From NCBI GenBank assembly GCA_035607385.1, contig DATNAR010000258.1:1-44465 (forward strand): 44,465 nucleotides of DNA. The letters run 5' to 3'. Origin of the DNA: Casimicrobiaceae bacterium. GTDB lineage: Bacteria > Pseudomonadota > Gammaproteobacteria > Burkholderiales > Casimicrobiaceae. The notes beneath the pieces are model-generated. The model did not search any database, was not told the DNA's origin, and worked only from the letters and a program-made list of their open reading frames with translations. Below are positions 9,171-18,920 of this stretch, piece by piece. Made by a program: the position numbers and the translations under genes. Each line of letters begins with the position of its first letter. The stretch's first letter is position 1.

Positions 9171-10556
9171 ATGGCGGAGCCTGCTTCGGATGCGCTGGTC
9201 TTTTTTGGGGCGACCGGCGATCTGGCCTACAAGCAGATTTTCCCGGCGCTGCAGGCGATGATCCGGCATGGCCGCCTCGACCTGCCGATCATCGGCGTGG
9301 CAAAGTCGAGTTGGAATCTCGACCAGCTTAAAGGTCGTGCGCGCGACAGCCTGCAACACCACGGCGGCGTGGACGACGACGCGTTCGCGAAGCTCTCGGC
9401 GCGACTCCGATACATCGATGGCGATTACGCTGACGACGCGACGTATCGACGCCTGCGCCAGACCTTGGGCGAGGCCGCGCGGCCGTTGCACTACCTGGCC
9501 ATCCCGCCGAGCATGTTCGCCACCGTCGTCGAGGGTCTGGCGAAGGCGGGTTGCGCCAGGAGCGCCCGCGTGGTCGTCGAAAAACCCTTCGGGCGCGATC
9601 TCGCCTCCGCGCAGTCCCTCAACCAGACGCTGGCGCAGGTCTTTGCCGAGTCGGCCGTGTTTCGCATCGACCATTACCTCGGCAAGGAACCGGTCGAGAA
9701 TCTGCTCTACTTCCGCTTTTCCAATAGCTTTCTCGACCCGATCTGGAACCGGCACCATGTCGCCCGCGTGCAGATCACCATGGCCGAGAACTTCGGCGTG
9801 CAGGGGCGAGGCCGCTTCTATGACGAAGTGGGCGCGATTCGCGACGTGGTGCAGAATCACCTGCTGCAGATCACCGCGTTGCTGGCGATGGAGGCGCCGG
9901 TGGGGCGCGGGCCGGACCGCCTGCGCCAGGAGAAGTTGCGGGTCTTCAAGGCGATGCGGCCCATTGCAGCGGACGAAGTGGTGCGCGGCCAATTCCGCGG
10001 CTATCGCGATGAGAAGGGCGTGAAGCCCGACTCGCAGGTCGAGACCTTCGCCGCGCTGCGGCTTCATATCGACACCTGGCGCTGGGCGGGCGTCCCCTTC
10101 GATATCCGGGCCGGCAAGCGGCTCCCGGTCACGGCGACCGAAGTCACGGTCGAAATGAAGCAGCCGCCCCACGCCGTCTTCGATCAAGGCCGGGTCGGCG
10201 AGAACTATTTTCGTTTCCGATTGAGCCCCGAGGTCCTTATCTCGCTGGGTGTGCGGGTCAAGGTGCCCGGCGAAGCGATGGTGGGCGAAGACGCCGAGCT
10301 GGTCCTGCATCGTCATCCCGGCGACGAAATGATGCCGTATGAACGTTTGCTGGGTGACGCGCTCCACGGCGACGCGTCGCTGTTCACCGGCGCCGAGTGC
10401 GTCGAGGAAGCCTGGCGCGTGGTCGATCCGATCCTTGGCGACGCGGCGCCGGTCGCCGAATACGAACCGGATACCTGGGGACCGGCGGCCGCCGGGCGCA
10501 TCATTGCTGGCGAAGGCGGCTGGCACAACCCGGCGTCGACCGAGGCCGCGCCGTGA
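9171..10556 (+). CDS. zwf: Glucose-6-phosphate 1-dehydrogenase
   Basis: 461 aa with 'LVFFGATGDLAYKQIFPAL', 'EKPFGRDLASAQSLN', 'RIDHYLGKEPVENLLYFRFSN', 'VQNHLLQI'. It starts 2 nt after the gnd stop. Confidence 0.93.
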   Translation: MAEPASDALVFFGATGDLAYKQIFPALQAMIRHGRLDLPIIGVAKSSWNLDQLKGRARDSLQHHGGVDDDAFAKLSARLRYIDGDYADDATYRRLRQTLGEAARPLHYLAIPPSMFATVVEGLAKAGCARSARVVVEKPFGRDLASAQSLNQTLAQVFAESAVFRIDHYLGKEPVENLLYFRFSNSFLDPIWNRHHVARVQITMAENFGVQGRGRFYDEVGAIRDVVQNHLLQITALLAMEAPVGRGPDRLRQEKLRVFKAMRPIAADEVVRGQFRGYRDEKGVKPDSQVETFAALRLHIDTWRWAGVPFDIRAGKRLPVTATEVTVEMKQPPHAVFDQGRVGENYFRFRLSPEVLISLGVRVKVPGEAMVGEDAELVLHRHPGDEMMPYERLLGDALHGDASLFTGAECVEEAWRVVDPILGDAAPVAEYEPDTWGPAAAGRIIAGEGGWHNPASTEAAP

Positions 10557-11245
10557 CATCGCGCGACCGGGTCGTGTTCCTCCTGGACTGCGACAACACG
10601 CTACTCGACAACGATCGCGTCCAGGACGATCTCAGGAGCCACCTCGAGCGCGAGTTCGGCGCCGCGAGCAGCGATCGCTACTGGGCGATCTTCGAGGCGC
10701 TGCGCGCCGAGCTCGGCTACGCGGACTACCTCGGCGCCCTGCAGCGCTATCGCCTCGGCGACATGAACGATCCGCGGCTGCTGCTCATGTCCTCCTTTCT
10801 GGTCGACTATCCCTTCGCGGACCGGCTCTATGCCGGCGCGCTCGACGCGATCGCGCATCTCTCCCGTCTGGGCTTGCCGGTGATTCTGTCGGATGGCGAT
10901 GTGGTCTTCCAGCCGCGCAAGATCCAACGCTCCGGGCTGTGGGACGCGGTCGCCGGCCGGGTGCTGATCTACATCCATAAGGAAAAGATGCTGGACGCTG
11001 TCGCACAGGCTTATCCGGCGCGGCATTACGTCGTGGTCGACGACAAGCTGCGCATCCTGGCGGCTATGAAACAGGCCTGGGGCGGCCGGCTGACGACGGT
11101 GTTCCCGCGCCAGGGTCATTACGCCTTCGATGCCAAGAACATCGCCGCCTATCCGCCGGCGGCGCTCACCATCGAGCGTATCGGCGAGCTGGTTCACTAC
11201 GATCTGGCGGCGTTGCTTTCGTTACCGAGTCGCCAATTGCGCTGA
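10553..11245 (+). CDS. HAD-superfamily hydrolase (putative phosphatase)
   Basis: The GTG start overlaps the zwf stop (GTGA, 10553-10556). The N-terminal 'VVFLLDCDNTLLDND' is a DxDxT HAD motif I, and 'VILSDGD' and 'VVVDDK' are late motifs. 230 aa. Confidence 0.6.
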   Translation: MTSRDRVVFLLDCDNTLLDNDRVQDDLRSHLEREFGAASSDRYWAIFEALRAELGYADYLGALQRYRLGDMNDPRLLLMSSFLVDYPFADRLYAGALDAIAHLSRLGLPVILSDGDVVFQPRKIQRSGLWDAVAGRVLIYIHKEKMLDAVAQAYPARHYVVVDDKLRILAAMKQAWGGRLTTVFPRQGHYAFDAKNIAAYPPAALTIERIGELVHYDLAALLSLPSRQLR

Positions 11246-11278
11246 ATGAAAGATGCCCGGAATTCCAGGAGATGACTG

Positions 11279-12370
11279 ATGAAACCCACACAAGCGCTGC
11301 ACGATCTCGGCCAGAGCCTCTGGCTCGACAATATCACCCGCGATTTGCTCGCTCGCGGGACGCTTGGCCGCTACATCGGCGACCTCGCCATCACGGGGCT
11401 AACGTCGAATCCCACGATCTTCGATCACGCCATCAGGAACGCCGACACCTACGACGAAGCCATCCGCCGGAAAAGGCGGGAGGGCAAGTCCGGGGAAGCG
11501 CTGTTTATCGAGCTGGCTTTGGAGGATCTCACTCGGGCCGCCGATCTTTTCCGTCCGGTCCATGACGCGACGGGCGGGATGGACGGCTGGGTGTCGCTGG
11601 AAGTCTCGCCGCTGCTGGCGAACGACACCGCCGGCAGCATCAAGCGGGCAGCGGAACTTCACGCGCAAGGCAAACGGCCCAACCTGTTGATCAAGATTCC
11701 GGGAACTCCGGCCGGGCTTCCGGCCATCGAGCAGTCGATCTTCGCCGGTATTCCGATAAACGTCACGCTGCTGTTTTCGCGCGAGCAATATCTGGCCGCT
11801 GCGCAAGCGTACATGCGCGGGATCGGGCGGCGCCTCGCCGCCGGCCGCGACCCGAAGGTCGCGTCGGTGGCCTCGCTCTTCGTCAGCCGCTGGGACGTCG
11901 CCGTCAAGGACAAGGTAGCGCCCGGCCTGCGCAATCGTCTCGGCATCGCGATCGCCCAGCGCACCTACAAGGCATATCGCGAGCTGCTTGCTTCGCCGGC
12001 CTGGCGCAAACTCGCCGCGGCCGGCGCCCATCCGCAACGCCTGCTCTGGGCCAGCACCGGCACCAAGGATGCCGACGCGTCGGACACGCTCTACGTCGAG
12101 GCGCTGGCGGCTCCCGACACCATCAACACCATCCCCGACAAGACGCTGCTCGCCTTCGCCGACCATGGGCGGGTGAGCGGCGTGCTGCCAAGCGATGGCG
12201 GCGATGCCGAACAGGTGATTGCAGAATTCGCGGCCGTGGGGGTCGACGATGCGGCGCTGGCGGCGAAGCTCCAGCGCGAAGGCGCGCAGGCGTTCGATAA
12301 ATCCTGGAACGAGTTGCTGGACTGTATCGCGGACAAGAGCGAGGCGCTCGAGAAGGTCGCTCGAGTGTAA
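11279..12370 (+). CDS. tal: Transaldolase
   Basis: 363 aa with '[18 protein letters not shown]', '[13 protein letters not shown]', '[15 protein letters not shown]', '[17 protein letters not shown]', 'INVTLLFS'. AGGAG lies 7 nt upstream of the ATG. Confidence 0.92.
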   Translation: MKPTQALHDLGQSLWLDNITRDLLARGTLGRYIGDLAITGLTSNPTIFDHAIRNADTYDEAIRRKRREGKSGEALFIELALEDLTRAADLFRPVHDATGGMDGWVSLEVSPLLANDTAGSIKRAAELHAQGKRPNLLIKIPGTPAGLPAIEQSIFAGIPINVTLLFSREQYLAAAQAYMRGIGRRLAAGRDPKVASVASLFVSRWDVAVKDKVAPGLRNRLGIAIAQRTYKAYRELLASPAWRKLAAAGAHPQRLLWASTGTKDADASDTLYVEALAAPDTINTIPDKTLLAFADHGRVSGVLPSDGGDAEQVIAEFAAVGVDDAALAAKLQREGAQAFDKSWNELLDCIADKSEALEKVARV

Positions 12371-12381
12371 CGGAGCCGACG

Positions 12382-14037
12382 ATGAGCGCCGCTCCGAAGC
12401 CGCAGGCCCAAGCGCTGACCGATCGCCCGGCGTGGAAAGCGCTGGCGGTGCATTGGCGAGCATTGCAGCACCGGCATCTGCGGCAGCTCTTTGCCGACGA
12501 CCCGCGGCGCGGCGAACGCTTCGCCGCCGAAGGCGCCGGGATTTATCTCGACTACTCGAAGAACCGAATCAGCGACGAGACGATCCGGCTGCTGGTGGAT
12601 CTCGCCGAGGCGTGCGGCCTGAAGGCGCGCATCGCGGCCATGTTCGCGGGCGACAGGATCAACGTCACGGAAAAACGCGCCGTTCTTCACGTCGCCTTGA
12701 GGGCGCCGAAGGGCGAACGGATCGTCGTCGACGGCGTCGACGTCGTTTCCGAAGTGCACGCGGTGCTCGATCGGATGGCTGCCTTTTCCGACCAGGTCCG
12801 CAACGGCCAATGGCGCGGCTATACCGGCAAGCGCATCCGCAACATCGTCAACATCGGGCTCGGCGGCTCGGATCTGGGTCCGGTCATGGCTTATCACGCG
12901 CTGCGTCATTACAGCCGGCGGGACCTGGACTTTCGCTTCGTCTCCAACGTCGACGGCACGGATTTTGTCGAGGCCACGCGCGAGCTCGACCCGGAACAGA
13001 CGCTGTTCATCATTGCCTCGAAGACGTTCACTACCCTCGGGACCCTTACCAACGCCCATGCGGCCCGCGCGTGGAGCCTGGAGAAGCTCGGCGACGAGCG
13101 CGCGATCAGGCGCCATTTCGTCGCCGTGTCGGCCAACGCGCCCGAGGTCGCGAAATTCGGCATCGACGCCGGCGCCATGTTCGGCTTTTGGGACTGGGTC
13201 GGGGGCCGCTATTCGATGGATTCGGCGATCGGACTTTCCACCATGATCGCCATCGGGACGGACAATTTCCGCGCCATGCTGTCCGGCTTTCATGCGATGG
13301 ACCAGCACTTCCGCACCGCGCCGTTCGATCGAAACTTGCCGGTGCTCATGGGTCTGCTGACCGTCTGGTACAACAATTTTTTCGGCGCCCAGACGGTCGC
13401 GGTGCTCCCGTACGATCAATATCTCGAACGCTTCCCCGCGTACCTGCAGCAATTGACCATGGAGAGCAACGGCAAGCACGTCGCGACGGATGGCGCGCGG
13501 CTCGATTATCAGACGGCGCCGGTCTACTGGGGTGAGCGCGGCACCAATGGCCAGCACTCGTTCTACCAGCTCCTCCACCAGGGGACCAAGCTGGTGCCCT
13601 GCGATTTTATCGGCTTCTGCCGGACCTTGAATCCGCTCGGCCAGCAACACGACTTGCTGATGGCCAACCTGTTCGCGCAGACCGAGGCGCTGGCTTTCGG
13701 CAAGACCGAGGACGAGGTCGAGGCGGAGGGGAGCCCACCGTGGCTCGCGCCGCACCAGAGCTGCGAGGGCAATCGTCCGAGCAACACCATCCTGGCCGAG
13801 CGCCTGACGCCGGAAACGCTCGGGGTTCTGGTGGCGCTCTACGAGCACAGCGTTTTCACCCAGGGGACGATCTGGAACATCGATTCGTTCGACCAGTGGG
13901 GCGTCGAGCTGGGCAAAGTGCTGGCCAAGCGGACGCTCCCCGATCTCGAAAGCGCGCAGGCGCCGAATCTCCAGCACGACAGTTCGACCAACGCGCTGAT
14001 CCGCCGTTACCGCCGGTACCAAAGAGGCCCGTCATGA
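12382..14037 (+). CDS. pgi: Glucose-6-phosphate isomerase
   Basis: 551 aa with '[12 protein letters not shown]', '[18 protein letters not shown]', '[17 protein letters not shown]', '[12 protein letters not shown]', 'ESNGKHV', '[16 protein letters not shown]'. Confidence 0.94.
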   Translation: MSAAPKPQAQALTDRPAWKALAVHWRALQHRHLRQLFADDPRRGERFAAEGAGIYLDYSKNRISDETIRLLVDLAEACGLKARIAAMFAGDRINVTEKRAVLHVALRAPKGERIVVDGVDVVSEVHAVLDRMAAFSDQVRNGQWRGYTGKRIRNIVNIGLGGSDLGPVMAYHALRHYSRRDLDFRFVSNVDGTDFVEATRELDPEQTLFIIASKTFTTLGTLTNAHAARAWSLEKLGDERAIRRHFVAVSANAPEVAKFGIDAGAMFGFWDWVGGRYSMDSAIGLSTMIAIGTDNFRAMLSGFHAMDQHFRTAPFDRNLPVLMGLLTVWYNNFFGAQTVAVLPYDQYLERFPAYLQQLTMESNGKHVATDGARLDYQTAPVYWGERGTNGQHSFYQLLHQGTKLVPCDFIGFCRTLNPLGQQHDLLMANLFAQTEALAFGKTEDEVEAEGSPPWLAPHQSCEGNRPSNTILAERLTPETLGVLVALYEHSVFTQGTIWNIDSFDQWGVELGKVLAKRTLPDLESAQAPNLQHDSSTNALIRRYRRYQRGPS

Positions 14038-14993
14038 ACCTCGGCTACGACAAACCGCTTTACCTTCTGCCGTTCGACCATCGCCATTCGTACGTGAGCG
14101 GGATGTTCGGATTCAAGCCGCCGCTCACGCCGTCCCAGCATGACCGCGTCGCCGATAGCAAGCGGCTCATCTATGCGGGGTTCAAGCAAGCGCTCGCCCA
14201 CGGTGTGGCGCCCGCATGCGCCGGCATCCTGGTCGACGAGGAATTCGGCGCCGACATTCTGCGCGATGCGATCAATGATCGGTACTGCACTGCGCTGTCG
14301 ACCGAGCAGAGCGGATCGGACGAGTTCGAGTTCGAGTACGGCACGGCATTCGCGGAGCACATCGAAGCGTTCAATCCGACCTTCGCCAAGGTGCTCGTGC
14401 GCTACAACCCCGAAGGCGACGCGGCTGTCAATCGGCGGCAGACGGCGCGGCTCAGAGAACTGTCCGACTACTGCCGGGTCTCGGGTCCACGGTTCATGTT
14501 CGAGTTGCTGGTGCCGGCGACCGAGGCACAGATGGCGGGCGTGCGGCAAGACAAGGAGGCCTACGACTTGCAGGTTCGGCCGCGATTGATGATGCAAGCG
14601 TTGTCGGCTCTGCAAGAAGCCGGCATCGAGCCCGATGTCTGGAAGATCGAAGGACTCGCTCGCCGCGAGGATTGCGAGCGCATGGTAGAGATCGCGCGGC
14701 GCGGCGACCGCAATGAAGTCGGCTGCATCGTCCTTGGGCGCGGCGCCGACGAACAGAAGGTCGTGACCTGGCTCGAGACGGCCGCTTCGGTGACCGGATT
14801 CATCGGCTTCGCCGTCGGACGCACGACCTTCTGGGATGCGGTGGCCGACTACGAGGCAGGCGATGCCACGCGAGAAGAAGCCGCCGCGCGGATCGCCGAA
14901 CGCTATCGCGAATGGATTGCCGTCTTCGAGCGGACCGGCGGCGTCCCCGACGCGCGTACGCGAGCACGGGTCGATGCAACAGGGCCGGCCTGA
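14034..14993 (+). CDS. DUF2090-type protein (class I aldolase-like; the domain found at the C-terminus of some IolC proteins and annotated as 2-deoxy-5-keto-D-gluconate-6-phosphate aldolase domain)
   Basis: The ATG overlaps the pgi stop (ATGA, 14034-14037). 319 aa with '[12 protein letters not shown]', '[16 protein letters not shown]', '[13 protein letters not shown]', 'FMFELLVP', 'DVWKIEG', '[11 protein letters not shown]'. Family assignment is from memory of this domain's conserved blocks. Confidence 0.55.
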   Translation: MNLGYDKPLYLLPFDHRHSYVSGMFGFKPPLTPSQHDRVADSKRLIYAGFKQALAHGVAPACAGILVDEEFGADILRDAINDRYCTALSTEQSGSDEFEFEYGTAFAEHIEAFNPTFAKVLVRYNPEGDAAVNRRQTARLRELSDYCRVSGPRFMFELLVPATEAQMAGVRQDKEAYDLQVRPRLMMQALSALQEAGIEPDVWKIEGLARREDCERMVEIARRGDRNEVGCIVLGRGADEQKVVTWLETAASVTGFIGFAVGRTTFWDAVADYEAGDATREEAAARIAERYREWIAVFERTGGVPDARTRARVDATGPA

Positions 14994-15032
14994 CTTGTCC
15001 GCCGGCGAAAGCAAGCAGCGAGGGACGCGACG

Positions 15033-16706
15033 ATGAAGGTCAGCCCCCTGGCGGGGAAGCCCGCGCCGCCCGCGATCCTGGTCGACGTACCGAAGCTGGT
15101 CTCGCGGTACTACACCGATGCGCCGGATCCGTCGCTGGCTCTCCAACGGGTCGCGTTCGGTACCTCCGGACATCGTGGCTCGTCGTTCGAGCGCTCGTTC
15201 AACGAGTGGCACGTGCTCGCGATCAGTCAAGCCATCTGTCGCTACCGCAGGCGACGGGGCATCGACGGCCCGCTGTTTCTCGGCATCGATACCCATGCGC
15301 TCTCGGCCCCTGCGTTCGCCAGCGCGCTGGAAGTCCTCGCGGCGAATGCCGTGGAGGTCATGATCGCGCGAAACGACGAATACACGCCGACCCCCGCGGT
15401 TTCGCACGCGATACTGCGCTATAACCGGGGACGGAGCACGGGACTGGCCGACGGCATCGTGATCACGCCATCGCACAACCCGCCCGATAACGGCGGTTTC
15501 AAGTACAACCCGCCCGACGGTGGACCGGCGGGCGAGGACGTGACCGGGGCGATCGAAGCGCTCGCCAACAGGTTTCTCGAGCGCAAGCTCAAGGGCGTGA
15601 AGCGCACGTCGCTGGCACGGGCTCTGCGCGCGGCAACGACGCATCGCCACGATTTCCTGCGCGCGTATGTCGGCGACCTCGGCGCGGTCATCGACATGGA
15701 CGTTGTTCGCGGTGGCGGCATCCACATGGGGGTCGATCCGCTGGGCGGAGCCGGCGTGCACTACTGGCCGGCAATCGCCGAGCACTACCGCCTGAACTTG
15801 AGCATCGTCAACCGGGAGGTCGATCCGACGTTCCGCTTCATGACCGTCGACTGGGATGGTCGCATCCGAATGGACCCGTCGTCGTCGTACGCGATGCAGT
15901 CATTGATCGAATTGAAGGATCGCTTCGACATTGCCTTTGCCTGCGACACCGACCACGACCGGCACGGAATCGTGACCCGAAGCGCCGGCTTGCTGCCTCC
16001 CAATCACTACCTGGCGGTGGCCATCGATTACCTCTTCCGCCATCGCCGGCGCTGGCCCGCGCGGTCGGCCATCGGCAAGACCGTCGTCAGCAGCGCGATG
16101 ATCGATCGCGTGAGCGCAAGGCTTGGCCGCACCCTCTACGAAGTGCCGGTGGGATTCAAGTGGTTCGTCGATGGTCTGCTGGCGAGTTCGCTTGGCTTCG
16201 CCGGCGAAGAGAGCGCCGGCGCCTGCTTTTTGCGGCGCAATGGCAGGGTGTGGACGACGGACAAGGATGGCATCGTGCCAGCGCTGCTGGCGGCGGAAAT
16301 CACGGTGAGCACCGGTCGGGACCCGTGCGAGGGCTACCGCGAGATCGCGCGGGAGCTCGGCGAACCCGTCGAGCGCCGGGTGCAGGCAGAGGCTAGCCCA
16401 AGGCAAAAGCAGCGGCTGACGCGCCTTTCGCCGGCGCAGTTCCGGCACACGGAACTGGCCGGCGAGAAAATCCAGCGCGTCCTCGATCGGGCCCCCGGCA
16501 ACGACGCGCCCATCGGCGGCCTGAAGGTCGTCGCCGCCAGCGGGTGGTTCGCGGCGCGTCCCTCGGGGACCGAAGACATCTACAAGATTTATGCCGAGAG
16601 CTTTCGCGGCGAGGCCCACTTGAACCGCATCGTCGACGAGGCGCAAGCGATGGTCGCCGGCGCCTTGGCGAGCGCGGCGCCCAAACCGGAGCGCGCGAAG
16701 AAGTGA
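15033..16706 (+). CDS. pgm: Phosphoglucomutase, alpha-D-glucose phosphate-specific
   Basis: 557 aa with 'FGTSGHRGSS' (active-site Ser loop), 'ITPSHNPPDNGGFKYNPPDGGPA', 'ACDTDHDRHGIV', 'GEESAGA', 'RPSGTEDIYKIYAESF'. Confidence 0.92.
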   Translation: MKVSPLAGKPAPPAILVDVPKLVSRYYTDAPDPSLALQRVAFGTSGHRGSSFERSFNEWHVLAISQAICRYRRRRGIDGPLFLGIDTHALSAPAFASALEVLAANAVEVMIARNDEYTPTPAVSHAILRYNRGRSTGLADGIVITPSHNPPDNGGFKYNPPDGGPAGEDVTGAIEALANRFLERKLKGVKRTSLARALRAATTHRHDFLRAYVGDLGAVIDMDVVRGGGIHMGVDPLGGAGVHYWPAIAEHYRLNLSIVNREVDPTFRFMTVDWDGRIRMDPSSSYAMQSLIELKDRFDIAFACDTDHDRHGIVTRSAGLLPPNHYLAVAIDYLFRHRRRWPARSAIGKTVVSSAMIDRVSARLGRTLYEVPVGFKWFVDGLLASSLGFAGEESAGACFLRRNGRVWTTDKDGIVPALLAAEITVSTGRDPCEGYREIARELGEPVERRVQAEASPRQKQRLTRLSPAQFRHTELAGEKIQRVLDRAPGNDAPIGGLKVVAASGWFAARPSGTEDIYKIYAESFRGEAHLNRIVDEAQAMVAGALASAAPKPERAKK

Positions 16707-16786
16707 ATGCTCGACCCCGCCGGCATTACGAAATCCATACCGCGCGCTGAATCGAGCGTTGCAGAAGGCAACAATCGGTCGAGACG

Positions 16787-18085
16787 ATGAGCAGCGATAA
16801 GCCCGCCATTGATACGGAACTGGAAAGGCTTCAGAGCGACACCTTTCGCTACTTCGTGCACGAGACCAATCCCGCCAACGGACTGGTGATCGACAAGACC
16901 GCGCCCGACTGGCCCTCCAGCATTGCCGCCACCGGGCTCGCGCTGACCGCGTATCCCGTCGCGATCGAGCGCGGATTCATCACGCGCGATGCGGCGATTG
17001 CAAGAGTTCTCACCACGCTGCGCTTCTTCTGGAACAGCCGGCAAGGCACCGAAGCGGACGCCACTGGCTACCGGGGCTTCTACTATCATTTTCTCGACAT
17101 GCGGACCGGCCAGCGGGCGTGGCGTTGTGAGCTATCGACGGTCGACAGCGCCATTCTGCTGGCCGGCGCGCTGACCGCGGGCGCCTACTTCGACGCGACC
17201 ACTCCCGACGAACGGGAAATCCGGCACCTCGCCGACGCGCTCTATCGCCGCGCCGACTGGCAATGGGCGCAAAACGGGGGCGCCACGGTCACGCACGGCT
17301 GGAAGTCCGAGAGCGGATTCCTGCCGTGGCGGTGGGAAGGCTATGACGAAGCCCTGCTGTTGTACGTGCTCGGCCTCGGCTCGCCGACGCATCCGCTGCC
17401 AACCGAAAGCTATGCCGGATGGTGCTCGACCTACGAGTGGAAGGAAAGCTACGGCTACGAGTATCTGTACGCCGGGCCGCTGTTCACCCATCAGATTTCG
17501 CACATCTGGATCGATTTTCGCGGGATCCAGGACGCGTTCATGCGCGGCAAAGGTATCGATTACTTCGAGAACAGCCGTCGCGCGACTTATGTGCAGCAAC
17601 AGTACGCGATCGCCAATCCACTCAAGTTCGCGGGCTATAGTCGAGATTGTTGGGGGATCACTGCGAGCGACGGCCCCGGCCCCAATACCATCAAATTGCA
17701 GGGAATCGAGCGCCAATTCTTCGATTATGTGGGACGCGGCGTACCGTACGGTCCCGACGACGGCACCATTGCGCCATGGGCAGTGGTAACGTCGCTGCCG
17801 TTCGCGCCCGAGATCGTGTTGCCTGCAATCGAATATCTTGTCCACGAGGTCGATTTGAAAGCGGGCAACCCCTATGGCTTCAAGGCGACATTCAATCCGA
17901 CGTATCCCCACAAGTCCCACAATCCCTATGGCTGGATATCGCCGTGGCACTACGGGATCAACCAAGGACCGATCAATCCGATGATCGAAAATTATCGGAC
18001 AGGCCTGGTCTGGCATTTGCTGCGAAAGTGTCCGTACATCGTTACTGGATTGAAGCGGGCCGGTTTCACCGGAGCTTGGCTATGA
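16787..18085 (+). CDS. GH144-like 'glucoamylase family' protein (candidate endo-beta-1,2-glucanase), no signal peptide
   Basis: 432 aa with 'GFYYHFLDMRTGQR', 'ELSTVDSAILLAGAL', 'GPLFTHQISHIWIDFRG', 'CWGITASDGPGP', 'NPYGFKATFNP', 'YGINQGPINPMIENYRTGLVW'. This is the block pattern I associate with Pfam 'Glycoamylase'/GH144. The N-terminus 'MSSDKPAIDTELERLQSD' is polar, not a leader peptide. Confidence 0.68.
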   Translation: MSSDKPAIDTELERLQSDTFRYFVHETNPANGLVIDKTAPDWPSSIAATGLALTAYPVAIERGFITRDAAIARVLTTLRFFWNSRQGTEADATGYRGFYYHFLDMRTGQRAWRCELSTVDSAILLAGALTAGAYFDATTPDEREIRHLADALYRRADWQWAQNGGATVTHGWKSESGFLPWRWEGYDEALLLYVLGLGSPTHPLPTESYAGWCSTYEWKESYGYEYLYAGPLFTHQISHIWIDFRGIQDAFMRGKGIDYFENSRRATYVQQQYAIANPLKFAGYSRDCWGITASDGPGPNTIKLQGIERQFFDYVGRGVPYGPDDGTIAPWAVVTSLPFAPEIVLPAIEYLVHEVDLKAGNPYGFKATFNPTYPHKSHNPYGWISPWHYGINQGPINPMIENYRTGLVWHLLRKCPYIVTGLKRAGFTGAWL

Positions 18086-18813
18086 AGGTCTCGCTGCGTA
18101 CGGACGGCGCCGGCAAGCAGCAGTGCCGTTGGCATGCGGCATCCGACCCGGCTGCGTTGCACCGGGCCGCGGCGGTAAGCGTCCTGGCGGCGGCCGATCG
18201 CGCGCTTCGCGCGCGGCGGCAATTCCGCGTCGTACTCGCCGGCGGAAACACGCCGCGCGGAACCTATCAAAGGCTCCGTGCCAGCGCAAGCGATTGGTCG
18301 GCCTGGCACATCTATTTTGGCGACGAGCGTTGCCTGCCTGCCGGCGATCCGGGACGCAACTCGCGGATGGCCGCAGAGGCCTGGCTCGATCACGTACCCA
18401 TCCCGGGGGCCCAGCAACATCCGATTGCCGCCGAGCTGGGGCCGAGCGAAGGCGCGGAGAGGTATGCGACGATCCTGCACTCCGTAGGCGAATTCGATCT
18501 GGTGCTGCTCGGGCTCGGCGAGGACGGCCACACGGCAAGCCTTTTTCCAGGACATGACTGGGGGCAGCGGCCGGCGTCGGCGAGCACGTTGGCGGTATTC
18601 GACGCGCCCAAGCCCCCGCCGCAGCGCGTGTCGATGAGCGCCGCGCGGCTGAGCTGCGCCCGGCAAGTCATCTTTCTGGTCTGCGGCAACGATAAACGCG
18701 AGGCAATACGGCAATGGCGTGCCGGCCAATGCATTCCAGCGCGGGCAATTGCGCCCATGGCCGGTGTCGACGTGCTCGTGGAGTCGTCGCTGCTCGGACC
18801 ACGCGGCGACTGA
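18082..18813 (+). CDS. pgl: 6-phosphogluconolactonase
   Basis: The ATG overlaps the upstream stop (ATGA, 18082-18085). 243 aa with 'VVLAGGNTPRGTYQRL', 'WHIYFGDERCLP', 'DLVLLGLGEDGHTASLFPG'. Confidence 0.88.
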   Translation: MKVSLRTDGAGKQQCRWHAASDPAALHRAAAVSVLAAADRALRARRQFRVVLAGGNTPRGTYQRLRASASDWSAWHIYFGDERCLPAGDPGRNSRMAAEAWLDHVPIPGAQQHPIAAELGPSEGAERYATILHSVGEFDLVLLGLGEDGHTASLFPGHDWGQRPASASTLAVFDAPKPPPQRVSMSAARLSCARQVIFLVCGNDKREAIRQWRAGQCIPARAIAPMAGVDVLVESSLLGPRGD

Positions 18814-18920
18814 CGGGAGACAAGAACCGATGCGATCTTCCGGCTGTTTCGCTGCTCATCACCCGAATCTTCGGCACAAGCCGGCCGCGCCGCCTCTAGA
18901 ATGCTGAGCAGCGGCGAGAA

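Noticed and set aside
8958-10559. 533-aa ORF on the minus strand
   Set aside because: It is antisense to zwf/gnd, Arg/Ala/Gly-rich with no recognisable family blocks. This is a typical shadow ORF of GC-rich DNA, and the plus-strand genes have unmistakable signatures.
12091-14022. 643-aa ORF on the minus strand
   Set aside because: It is antisense to pgi and the tal 3' end, with low-complexity composition and no domain signature. It is a shadow ORF.
14007-15785. 592-aa ORF on the minus strand
   Set aside because: It is antisense to the DUF2090 gene and pgm, with the same shadow-ORF character.
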